NCBI RefSeq assembly: GCF_036321535.1
Contig: NC_087437.1
Coordinates: 79,238,001-79,302,000, forward strand
DNA length: 64,000 nucleotides
Direction: 5' to 3'
Source: Camelus dromedarius
Taxonomy: Eukaryota
Part shown: positions 39,080 through 50,720 of the stretch, piece after piece
Layout: each line of letters begins with the position of its first letter
Numbering within the stretch: position 1 is the stretch's first letter
The notes under the pieces: generated by a model
What the model saw: the letters and a program-made list of their open reading frames with translations, nothing else
What the model was told of the DNA's origin: nothing
Database searches by the model: none
Made by a program: the position numbers and the translations under genes

Positions 39080-42000
39080 GTTTTTTAAAAGAATATAATT
39101 AGATTTACAGAAGTTATAAAGACAGTACAGAGAAGTTCTCTTACCCCACAGTTTCTGCCCCATTATCAACGTCTTACATTCATATGGCATTTTTGTCAAA
39201 ATAATTGACGCCATATTGCTCTATTATTAAGTAAACACTATACTTTCTTCAGATTTCATTGATTTTTCCCGAGGCCCTTTTCTTTTCCAGGATCTAGGAT
39301 GCCATATTTCATTTGCCATCTTGTTTCCTGAGGCAATTTCCCAGACTTCTCATGTTTTTGATGACCTTAACAGTTTTGAGGAGTAGTGATCAGTTATTTT
39401 GTGGAATGTCCCTCAATTGGGAGTTGTTTGATATTTTTTCCATGATTAGACTGAATTTGTGAGTTTGGGGAGATAAGTCATAAATGTGAAATGCCATTTT
39501 CTTCACTTCATATCAAGGGCGTATAGTATCAATCTGACATCACTGTTTATGTTAATCACTGGCTTAGGTAGCCTTTGTCAGATTTCTCCGCTCTAAACAT
39601 ACTATTTCTTCCTCCCACCCCTTCAATACTATACTCTTTATAGGAAAATAACTCTATGTAGCCCATATTTTAGGGGTGGAGAATTGTGTTCTAATTCCTT
39701 GAAGGAGAATATCTATGTATGTTATTTGACATCTTTCTGAATAAAATATATGTCTAGTCTGTACCATTTATTATTTATTTATTCAATCATATATTCTAGC
39801 AATATAAACTGATAGATATTTATTTTATACTTGGAGTTATAATATAATACATTTTTGTTATTCAAATTGTTCTAGCTTTGGCCATTGAGAGCTTTCTCAG
39901 TTGGCTTTTATCTTCTTTTGACATAGCCCTCATTACTGTGATTGGTTGGTTGATTTGCTTTTTATATATATATTTTTTAACTTTCTGGTATAATAAGATT
40001 CTCCAGGCTTATCTTCTATATTCCCTGCCCAAGTCCTACAATCAGCTATTTCTCCAAGAAGAATTTGTTACTTATCTTAGAAAATGGTATTAGAACCAAA
40101 AATTGGACATTAAGTGGGCTTATTGCTCCTGGGTGTCATTGCTTCTAGGCTTTCTCAGCTCAGAAGGAGGAAAAATATGTGTGTACACAAATCATGTGTA
40201 TACACATATGTATACCTATATGTATATATATTTATATATCTACTTACCTATTCTAACAATGAGGAAACTAACTCCCTCCTTCTACCATTCATTTATTTAA
40301 TTTTTTAGTGTCACTATAAATATATAGATGTTTTAAAATTGTTAACCTCTACCCCAGTGGGAACCAACTTTATCAACTTAAGTGAAGTTCTTATATGTAC
40401 TTACAGTTGCCTTTAATCTCACAGGCTTCATTTATTCCCAGAGTTACTTAGGCTGGCATCTTTTTTTAACCAATTATTTAGTGAGGTTAGATTCTTTTCT
40501 TATAGTTGACTTTTTTCCTAAAATATTTTTTAAAATTTTCCTACATTAAGCCACATTCTTATTGCTGTAATGTTCTATGAGTTTTGACAAATGTGCAGTG
40601 TTGGCTATCTACCACTGCAGTATCATACAGAATAGTTTCACTGACCTAAAAAGTCTCCTGTGCTTCACCTTTTCAATTGACCTTCTCTCCAAACATCTGG
40701 TTATAACTCAACTGTGCAATATATCCAAAATGTTGCTTTTTCTAACTTATATAAATTGAATGAAATAGTAGGTGGTCTTTTTTGACTAGACACTTTCACT
40801 TGTCAAGTAATTTAGCCATATTTTTTAGTAGTTTGATATCTCTTTTCTTTGTTTTTTTTTTTAATTACTGAAGTGTATCATTGTGTGAGTATACCACAGT
40901 TTGTTTATCTATTCACTCATTGAAGGATATCGTGGTTATTCTCAGTTTGAGGTGATTATGAATAAAGTTGCTATAAACATTCATGTGTAGATTTTTGGGT
41001 GGACATACATTTTCAAGTAAGTTTTGTAAAACCTAGAAGAACAATTAATGGATAGTAGGGTAAGACTATTATTAGCTTTGTAAGACACCACCAAAATGAT
41101 TCCCAAAGTGTCGGTGTCATTTTGCATTCTCACCAGCAATGATTTTGTGATTCAGTTGTTTCACATTACTGTCAAACATTGGATTGTCAAGTTTTTGTTT
41201 TGTTTTGATTTTTAGCAATTCTAAATAGTTATATAGTGGCATCTTACAATATGTATTTTCAACTAATTTAACTCCACTTCCAAGGAAGTACACATGTGTA
41301 CAAATACTTACATACTACTTTATGGGTAAAGCAGTTACCTTATAATTGAGTATTCCCAATTTCTCACTTGAATCTCTTATGACATTATTATCATTCATTT
41401 CAATTATCCATATGCTATAATCACCTAATACATTGTTATTATTTTAAACAAATAACTATTGGAATTAAGAAATGCTTTTAAAACCTGTATAATAATTTTT
41501 TTTATTTATTTATTCTTTATTACTCTTCTTTATGTAGATCGAAATTTCTAACCTGTATTATTTTTTTTTTTTCCTCTCCAGAGAACTTCTTTTAACATTT
41601 CTTTTAGGTCAGCCCATTAGTGATAAATTTCCTCACTTTCTCTGGGAATGTCTTTATTTCTCCTTCATTTTGAAGGATAATTTTGCTGGACATAGAATTC
41701 TAAGTTGGTAAGATTTCTCTTTTAGAACTTAAAATATTTCAATCCATTCTCCTTATGCAGTCTTTATGAGAAGTTCACTGTAATTTTTATCCTTATTCTC
41801 CCATAAGTAAGTCACTATATTTCTCCATTTTTTTCCCCAAGATCTGTCATTGTCTTTGATTTGAATGCAGTTTGACTGATAAGCTTAGATGTGCTTTTTT
41901 ATACTTATCCTCCTTGGTGTTCTCTGAGATTCCTAGATCTGTTTTCATGTCTGTCATTAATTTTTAACATCATTTATTATTATTGCTTCTAATACTTTCT

Positions 42001-42110
42001 CTAGTCCATTCTCTCTTACTCAATTTTGCAAATTATATATGTTACACTATTTAAAATTATACCACAGTTCTTTGAAACTATGTTCATTTTTTATTCTTTT
42101 TTTTTCTACT
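39080..42110 (-). mobile_element. Old L1 (L1MC/L1MD-like) long 3'UTR and adjoining segments, probably with nested L1 pieces
   Basis: agatttacagaag...agtacagagaagttc, ttttgtggaatgtccctcaattggg, gtataccacagtttgtttatctattcac, gaaggataattttgctggacatagaattct. Confidence 0.85.
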
Positions 42111-42152
42111 CAACATTTTTATTAGGGACTTGGATGAAAGGGTATGTTTGCA

Positions 42153-42645
42153 TTTTATTTTTACTTTTTTATTTTTATGCAATTTTAATAATTACACTCC
42201 ACATATAGTTATTACAAAATAGTGGCTATATTCCTCATGTTGTACAATACATCATTGTAGCCTATCTTAACACCCAGTAATTTGTGCCTCCCACTCCCCC
42301 TCCCCTATATTGTTTCCCCCCTTCACTGGTAACAACTAGATTGTTTTCTATACCTATGTCTGCTTCTTTTTTGTTATATTCACTAGTTCGTTGTATTTTT
42401 TTAGGTTCCACATATAAGTGATATCACACAGTATTTGTCTTTCTTTCTTTGGCTTATTTCACTTAGCATAATGCCCTCCAGGTCCATCTATGTTACTGCA
42501 AATGGCAAAATTCCATTCCTTTTATGGCTTGAGTAGTATTCCATTGTGTGTGTCCATGTGTTTGCATATATGCCACATTTTTTTTATCCATTTGTCTTTT
42601 GATGGACACTTAGGTTGCTTCTATATCTTGGCAATTGTAAATAAA
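42153..42645 (-). mobile_element. 5'-truncated L1 3' end (intermediate age)
   Basis: ttccacatataagtgatatcacacagtatttgtctttct...gatggacacttaggttgcttctatatcttggcaattgtaaataa. Confidence 0.9.
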
Positions 42646-42649
42646 GCAG

Positions 42650-43620
42650 AAATATTCAAAAGCTATGAAAACACATTTATTTAAGAAATTAAAAATTATT
42701 CAAGGTTGGGAAATATATAAATATAATCCATGGGTAGTAATGTCAAAGAAAAAAATGAATCATCTCAATAGTTCCTGAAAAAGTATTTGATAAAATTTAG
42801 AATTTTTTAAACTAACAACAAAAGCTTGTGAACATTAATAATACCAATTAAAAAGAATAAAATTGTCAGTCAACCTTTTTCGTAATAGTAAACATCTTAA
42901 AACATTTCAATTACTATCAGAAACAAAATAAATTTTCCATTATGACTACTGACATTGACATTATTTGACAATTCTAATAAATAAGACATTAAATGCAAAC
43001 ATGGATATTACAATATTACTTCTAAAAGAGAAAAATATCATTCTTTGAAAATGTTACAAATGCTAACGTGTTACTACTAGATGTATTACGAAAATTTAGT
43101 AAGGTATTTAGAAATACATAGAAAATATTTTTCTACCCTGTAAGAGAAAACTTAGGTCTCTGAAAATGTAACATGGAAACAGATGCCATTTCAAATAGCA
43201 ATAAATTGTCTAGAAATTAGTTTAACAAGTACAAAAACTTTATAAATGTTATAAAATGTATGGCATAAATGAAGTATGGAATAAATAGATAAGAACATTA
43301 TTTAATTGGAAGACTCACTACCTAATGGATGTCAGTTGCCCCAAAATTTTCAATACATAAAATGCAGTTTTACTTAAAATTCCATTATGATTATTTTGCA
43401 GCCAGGAAAAAAAATTCTAAAATTAATCAGGATGAATAAATGTGTAAAAATAACCATGAAATTGAATAAAACCAATTAGAATTTGGGGGACAGAATTTTT
43501 CTTCTCAATAATTATAACAATGTGATGCTGGCACAGAAAAAGATAGACATAGCAATTAAACATAATTGAAAAGTAGTTATCAAGTTGCTATTTTGAAGAT
43601 TAAGACATGAAGTTTTCAGT
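42650..43620 (+). mobile_element. Degraded old L1 ORF2 fragment
   Basis: atcatctcaatagttcctgaaaaagtatttgataaaatt (ISID..KAFDKI-like RT motif remnant), attggaagactca, ttctaaaattaat. Confidence 0.7.
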
Positions 43621-45959
43621 TGCTTTGGAAGTCCAGCTAAAACAGAGCTGTCATTGTACCTGCATTTAGAGCATCCGAAAACAAGGTTCCAACCCACCTG
43701 TGAAGAGATAAGTACAGGGAAGGATGCCATTTAACAGGATGCAGAAAAACTAAGTAAGACAGTAAGATAGAATAATTTACAAAATAGATTCCCACAGTCA
43801 TTTTGTCAAAGAAATTGAAAGAAATGAAAGAAAAGGGCAGTAAAAATATAGGAATTCCAGACAGGTAGAACCAGGATATGACACCATGTGCGATATTTCA
43901 CACACTTGGATGTAAAGTCATGGAATAGGTTTCAGAACTTGAGGTGAAGACTGTGAAAGAGAGTAAACTCTTTAATGAATGGAGAAAGATACTCATGGAT
44001 TAAATAGATGATAGTAATGAAGCTGGATGAGGAGGTGTTTTGGATAATCAGAAATGGAGAATCAGTTTTAAGTTGGAGAAATAGCAATCACAGGCACCGA
44101 GGACAAGCAAGAAGTTACTTATCTTCGCTTTTTCATTGTCATTTACATTTTTCTTCTCCTTCCCGTTTACTTTTTTTCTCTCTACTTTGCTGCTTCTCCT
44201 TTTGTTGACTTTTAAAAAAATAATGAGTCTGTTTACACTAAGTTATTGATAGACCTTTTATAAGTTGAGTATGAAATATAACTTGCCCTGCCTCAGAGAG
44301 CACCAATTAACTCAGTTGGGCCTCAAATTCTTATCTTATAATTTTTCAGTATGACTTATAAAGACTAAAATGTTTATTAGCCCAATTAGATATAAACTAA
44401 AGAAAATACTACAACTAATATGATATATAACTAAAGAAAGCAAACTTCTCATTATCCAAATTTAATGATATGATATTATACACCCTAACATACATATTGA
44501 CATCAGTAATGCAAAATATGAAGTTATAAATACGGCTTACGTTCATGAAAGTGGGTAGGTTTGTATGTGAACGTGTTGCACATTTTTACAGGTTTGCATG
44601 TAGAAACATTCAGGTGACAGGCTCCATCTGCACTAAATAGATCCCATTGGACAGCAAATAAAGCATAAGAATTCATGTTCAAATATCTATTCTCTCTCTC
44701 ATGGCCAGTAAAAATACATCCAATGGAGTTTCTTGTTTTTCTCATGCCAGTCATGAGGAAAAGAGACATTTTATTCAATTTAGATAGTATTCAACATGTA
44801 GTTTCTAAACATGAAACTTTTGAGAGAGGTTGGCTTGAAAAGCAATTGCTCTGGTGAAGTATGACTTATTTAACGTTCCAGTTTTGGGATGTTCCAACAA
44901 CAAAACTTGTTGATGGCAGTTTGGTGATATATTTTCTTGTTGCATTTTTCCATTTGGGATAGATGGAGGTGTTAGATAACAAGGTTTTCTCTGTGCTGAG
45001 AAAATTTCACGGATTGTTCTTAGAAAGCAGTAACTTATTCTAAGGAGAAATTCTTGAAGATATAGGAAATAAATATTGTAAAAAAAAAAAGCTTAAAAAA
45101 TTGAAATAATTTGAGCTTTTACTTGGGTTTTTCAGTTATCTTATTTTACAATACACTGAGTAATTAACTGATTTATACTTCAAAGTCAGCTTGTTAAGTT
45201 CTGATAATTTATAACCACAGATAAAATTCATTCAGTGTAAAAATCATAAACTAAATCTTAGCTTCTAAATAATAGAATTTATAAAGATTTTACCAAAAGT
45301 GAGCTTTATCCTATTATGGTTTTTTTTTTTTAATTTAATACTTTAGCATACAACTTTGGGAGTGCTGACAGGTGAAATATTTCACAGTTAAATATATACA
45401 AAGTGAACAATTAAAAGGGTTCACAAGTATAATTGATACAAACTTAATAAGGTTAACTGAGATGAAATATGGAAAATAAATAGAAACATAGTGACTTTGA
45501 ATTCTATTTTGTCAAAGATTATTTATAGTAGTTGTTTGTTTATTTGACCATCAGTTTATTAAACATTAGGTTTTTAATAAAAATTTGTCAGGTAACATGA
45601 GCCAAGATCAGAGTTGGGAATTAGATAAAAACTCACTGAAATTCTGTATACTGTTTGGGAAGGTGTTGAGGCTTGCATGTATTTTTAAAGGAAATTACTG
45701 GTTATGGGTAGGGAAGGAGTATTTTCATCAAATCAAAATGAAAGGGAATATTACATGGTTCATTTTTATGTTGCAACATGCCAGCCCCAAGTGCTATATA
45801 CAGCTCACAGTGCACAGACTGCGAGGGTACCATAAAAGCATGCTCTTGTATTGTCATATGAACTTGTATTATAAATGTTTCTACTGTGAAATTAAAGGCA
45901 AAGAAGATGCCATGAAGAGGGATAATAAAAGCGCTTGAGGTTTTTGAAAAGTATCATAA

Positions 45960-46150
45960 TTTAAGCACACAGGCTCCAGTGTCAAACCACCTGCATCAAA
46001 TTCCTATTACCTACTAGATATGTGACCCAATTACTTAACTCCTCATGTGTAAGATGGAGATTTTAAGATGGCCTACTACATACAGTTCTAAGAGTAATAA
46101 ACAAAATAACGTTGTGAAAAACTTGGCACAAAATAATTGCTCAATGATTT
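45960..46150 (+). mobile_element. MIR SINE
   Basis: ttaagcacacaggctccagtgtcaaaccacctgcatcaaattcc...tactagatatgtgacc...ttacttaac. Confidence 0.75.
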
Positions 46151-48545
46151 TTACACATTATTAGGTAAAAGTGAGAAATTCACATCTGCACACATGCTTC
46201 ACTTGTGGTTATTTTCTTCCACAAAGCCCCCTTCAAAGACATTGACTTTTACTGACTTCTTCATGTGCCCAGATTATATTGACGTGTTTTTAGAAACTAA
46301 ATCCCAGTGACTCTAACATTTAAATGAAGTTAATTGAAGGGGAGTAAAATGTTTTTATAATGCATAATGACCAATGGTCTCTGTATTATTCCAAAAGAAA
46401 GAGGAATTCTGATAAAAATATTACTTCAAAAAGATAATTTCAGATCTGAAATTGATAAAGGAGTTTATTTAGGGAGAAAGATTTTCATGATATTATGTAC
46501 CCTACCCCCTCCTCAACTTGGCAAGCTTTAGATTTACAGTATCTTTTAAGGCAGTTTATATTATTATTCCAGCCTTTGAATTCCTTTCTCACTCTTCCCT
46601 TCTACATTTCTTGTGAAATGGACAATATGCCTCTTCCTGGTATTGTTATGTACATGTGTAAAGGATCTCCCTGTTAGTCTGTGAGATCCTTGAGAAGAAT
46701 TTTTGTGTACTGTATAGGACTGAACTCAGTTCCTCCTATGTAAATGAAAGGTTTATGAGAGTTCAGTGGATGAATATACTTCCAAAACATTTGCAGTCTG
46801 AATTACATATGTCTGAACTACATAGGGCAGCTCTCGTTTGTACATTGATTTGCCTTGTTTTCCAACAATTGTGTTTGTGCAGAACTTGCCCCAGTTGTCT
46901 GTTTTGTATGTTCCAGTCATCTATCATAACAGCTCTTGGACTAGGTGTTCAATCAATATGAAGTAAATGTTGATTTTTTTAGGAAATCATGTTAATAATT
47001 TCCAGCAAGTAATCAGCAGTCATATGAAGTTTTCTTACCTTCATCATTTCCAATAAAAAATCAAATTGTTTTCCTCCAAAATTTCCTTCATGTAAAAAGT
47101 AGAGTTTAAAGAATGTTTACTTTTGTTATAATTCTACACAAGCAGATTTATTAAAAGTTAAATTGACCTGCCTTACTTGTACTTAATTATAAAAAATAGA
47201 TTTGATTTTTGGTCTAATGCATTTCTGATATGAATTCAGGCCATTGTTTCAGCTAATGTTCACTTTGAACTTCAAATTCAAGAAAGATAACTGAATATTT
47301 GACCTTGTGCTAAGAAAAGAAACCAGGATCATAGAGCAAAAAATGATCTGCATATAGTATTCACCCTCTACTGCATCCCACACCATTTGTTATGTTTCTC
47401 TTTCTTTGGATGTGCCTATATAACATCAGAAGAGATAGCCAGAAATTAAAAGTTCAGTCTAAATCGCCTTGCAGTTTAGTTGAAAGGTTTAAGATTTGTT
47501 TTTAAATTGGCCTTCTCTAGAACCTCTTTCAAGATGTATAATTACATATTTCAAACAATTTTTGTTTTTATTTTTTTAAGTGAATTTGTCTAAAGCAATT
47601 GTTCTCATAGGCAAACCGTCAATAATATGTTTACTTTTGATGTGAGAAAATTAATTTTCTAAGTCATCTCAGACTTGCTATGAGAAATCATATATTCTGT
47701 TTTTATTATTCACAGTGGCCCTGTACTAGTATGACATTCCTTTCCTTAAAGTACAGTATAATAGGTGATGCATTAGTATTGAATCAATTTTCCAGTCAAA
47801 TGATTATGCTTAGAAGAGGACTAATAGAAGTCTCATAATAATAATACAGACAGTTCATAGTAAAGAAGGGCCTATTAGTCTGTAGCATTGCTGCTTTGAT
47901 ATATTTAACTACTAACCTTCAAATTAATTTGTAGTTCTGCTTATATTAATGTATTCTAAATCAGGCTAGATTCATGTTGCTTAAAATGTATTACGATGTA
48001 ATACAAAACAATGTAATAATCAACATTGTATTTTCAGCTGCATTCGTATAGAATGAGCTTAAAACCATAATTAATATTCATGAAATAAACAAGCTCTCAT
48101 AAAATTATAAATATATGGCATTAGGGTATTTCTACAAAATGTATCTGCTTTCATTGAAAGTTCATAGTCATAAATACTAACAACTTTGAGAAAATATGTA
48201 TATATGTATAGATGTATATTATATATTAAGCAAAATTAAGGGAATAATTTTGTTTTTCCGTGACTGTTTACATCACTTTATCCTTGGTTTTCTTTCTCTG
48301 TGAAACCAAGAATTATTTTATGCAATAGCATCAGTGTATTTTTTGAGTTTAAAGTATATTTAGCAAAGGTTAATTCCATTCCTGTAGTGTGCAAAACAAC
48401 AGGCTAGAGCTGCAAAGACACATAAATGTATAAGACACAGTATCTGCCACTTCTAAATCTCACATCTAGTGGGGAAGAAGGCATTTATTTCCATAATGTG
48501 GGGAATGAACTCTGTCAAAGAAGGGAAGTGGAACTGCAGATTATC

Positions 48546-49018
48546 AGTACTAGTTTGTTAGTAACTAGACTGCCACAACCAAGTGCCACAAACGAGGTGG
48601 CTTAAACAACAGAAATGTATTGTCTCACAGTTCTGGAGGCTAGAAATCCCAAATCAGGCTGTCAGCTGGGTGTGTTATTTCCGAGGGCTGGGAGGAAGAA
48701 TCTGTTCCCTGCCTCCCTCCCAGCTTCTGGTGGTTTGCTGGCAGTCTTTGACGGTAGATACATCACTTCAATCTGTTTGTATCTTTATACAGTGTTTTCC
48801 CTGTATTTCTCCACATCATTTTCTCTCTGTGCATGTCTATCCGTGTGTACAAATTTTCCTGTTTTGCAAAGATAGTAATCACATTTTAGGACCAAACAGC
48901 CTCTTTTTAAACTGATTGTCTCTGTAAACATTCTATTTCCAAATAAGGCCATATTCTGAAAACCCAGAGGCTTGGATTTCAACATATTTTGGGGGGGAGA
49001 CACAGTTCAACCCAAACA
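48546..49018 (-). mobile_element. MaLR solo LTR (MLT1C-like)
   Basis: ggtggcttaaacaacagaaatgtattgtctcacagttctggaggctagaa...gaagaatctgttccctgcctccctcccagcttctggtggtttgctgg...gacacagttcaaccca. Confidence 0.9.
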
Positions 49019-49110
49019 TTTATGTATACTTGGTTTCTGTTTCACTTTGGGATTTTAGGCCTTCCTGGTTGTACCTGGTTAGTGTGTGGCCTGACAATAA
49101 TCTATGGCAG

Positions 49111-49561
49111 TGTAACCAAGAAGAACCCTATGGGGCCTTTTGGGGACAGCCCCTCCCCATATCCTCTGCTGTAGCTCCTCTCTGAAGTACCCAGTTAATA
49201 GTATCTCATGCCTATTCCCTGAGTTTTTCAGATGCTGAAAACCACCACCAAATGGAAGAAATTAACTTCGTGATAATCATGAGTAGATAGTCGTCAGACC
49301 TTTTGGTGCCTAAGGATTGAGCACCATCAACCGATGAGAGAATTGTGCACAGCTGATCACATACCCTGGCCCGCCCCTCCCTCGGCTGACCTTTAAAAAT
49401 CCTCAGCTGAAACCCTTTGGGGAAATTCAGAGGCTTTTTGAGCCATGAGCTACCAGTCCCTGCTCTGCCCAACGTTAAAACTTTCTCTGCTCCAAACCCT
49501 GACATTTCAGTATTTTTTGGCCTTACCATGCATTGGGTGCATGGCCTTGAGTTAGGTAACA
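49111..49561 (+). repeat. 5' LTR
   Basis: TGTAACC...GGTAACA imperfect inverted termini; direct repeat of 53838-54311. Confidence 0.93.
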
Positions 49562-49564
49562 GTT

Positions 49565-49584
49565 TGGGGAGCAAGCTCAGGAGT
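49565..49584 (+). promoter_or_regulatory. Primer-binding site, tRNA-Arg(ACG)-like
   Basis: TGGGGAGCAAGCTCAGGAGT, 3 nt after the LTR, versus tRNA-Arg(ACG) complement TGGCGAGCCAGCCAGGAGT: 2 mismatches plus 1 insertion. Confidence 0.7.
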
Positions 49585-50504
49585 TTGCACCCATGGCGGG
49601 TCCACCCAGGCCACAGACAGCTGCTTCGCTAAGTACCCAGCAGCTGCCAGAGCTCACGTCACTCTGGAGAACCTGGAGCGTCTCTCCCCAACGAGTGCCA
49701 GCCACCCAAGGCGTGTGACTGTTTGGAGCCAAGGAATGCCTGGAGCCATGGTTCACATTCGATATCTCTTGAGGGTGAGTCTCCCAACTCGCACGCAGGC
49801 TAGGAATTCTCTCCACTCTACCTGGGCTCATTCTCTTGAGGGAACTGAGCTGCTCTGGGCTTACTGCGAGCCACTCTGGGTTCATTCTCTTGAGAGTTGG
49901 GCCAGTCTGTTTGGAGGCCTCCCTCTGGGAGTGCAAATGGAATTTTTAGACTGCACCTCCAGCTCCAATTGTCTGCGTGACCATAGCTATTTGTTGTTTG
50001 TGTTGTTGTGTGTCTTATTTTGGGGTGAGCCACTCTGGCTTGTGCAGGATTGGAAACTTTTACACCACTCATCCCTTCTGGGAATTGAGACATTCTGGGC
50101 TCATTGGGAGCCAGTTTGGGTCCGTTCTCTTTCAGGATCCAGGCCCCTCTGGAAGCCTCAGTCTTGGAGTGGAAGTGGAAATTTGGGGTTACACCTCATC
50201 TGATCTTTTGTGGGACTGTTTGTTGTTTGTGTGTGTCAGAACTTGCACTGGCCTGTTGAGATGGCTTTCATGCATAATGGGGCTCAGGTGTGACAGCATT
50301 TGGATATCCTTCTCTATTGCATTGGCTTCGGATTGCATTCGTTGGGATTTTTCCTTTCTAGCTTTGGTCATTCATTCAGCTTCATCTCTGATGGGGCATT
50401 GCCTGGGAATCCCCTTTTTGGGGCTGAGGAACTGTGACTCAACTCGGGAAGACAGTTTTGAATTGTTTGCTTGATATTTGATAACATTGGCTATGAATAG
50501 TTAA

Positions 50505-50720
50505 GTATGTATGATCAGATCTCTGTTCCATCTTATAGTCCCCCTATGGTATATTTTGCAAAACTGAGAGATCTTGAGCTATGCTCTCATAAATGAAAGA
50601 AAATATTTTTTATTGTAATACTATGTGGGCTCAATACACCCTGAGATCTGGAGAACAGTCCCCTCTAATGGCTCTGCTATTATATCAAAGTGGGCCTTTC
50701 CAGCTGCTTTGCTTTTATCT
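50505..50720 (+). pseudogene. gag: gag matrix (MA) remnant, frameshifted
   Basis: SPLWYILQN* then IFYCNTMWAQYTLRSGEQ resembles gamma-like MA SPLGCIL.NW...IFFCNTAWPQY.L..GE.WP.NGS. Confidence 0.8.

Noticed and set aside
49212..50474. Cluster of overlapping 90-165 aa ORFs on both strands
   Set aside because: They lie in the GC-richer LTR/leader of the ERV, have no recognisable protein similarity and are mutually overlapping
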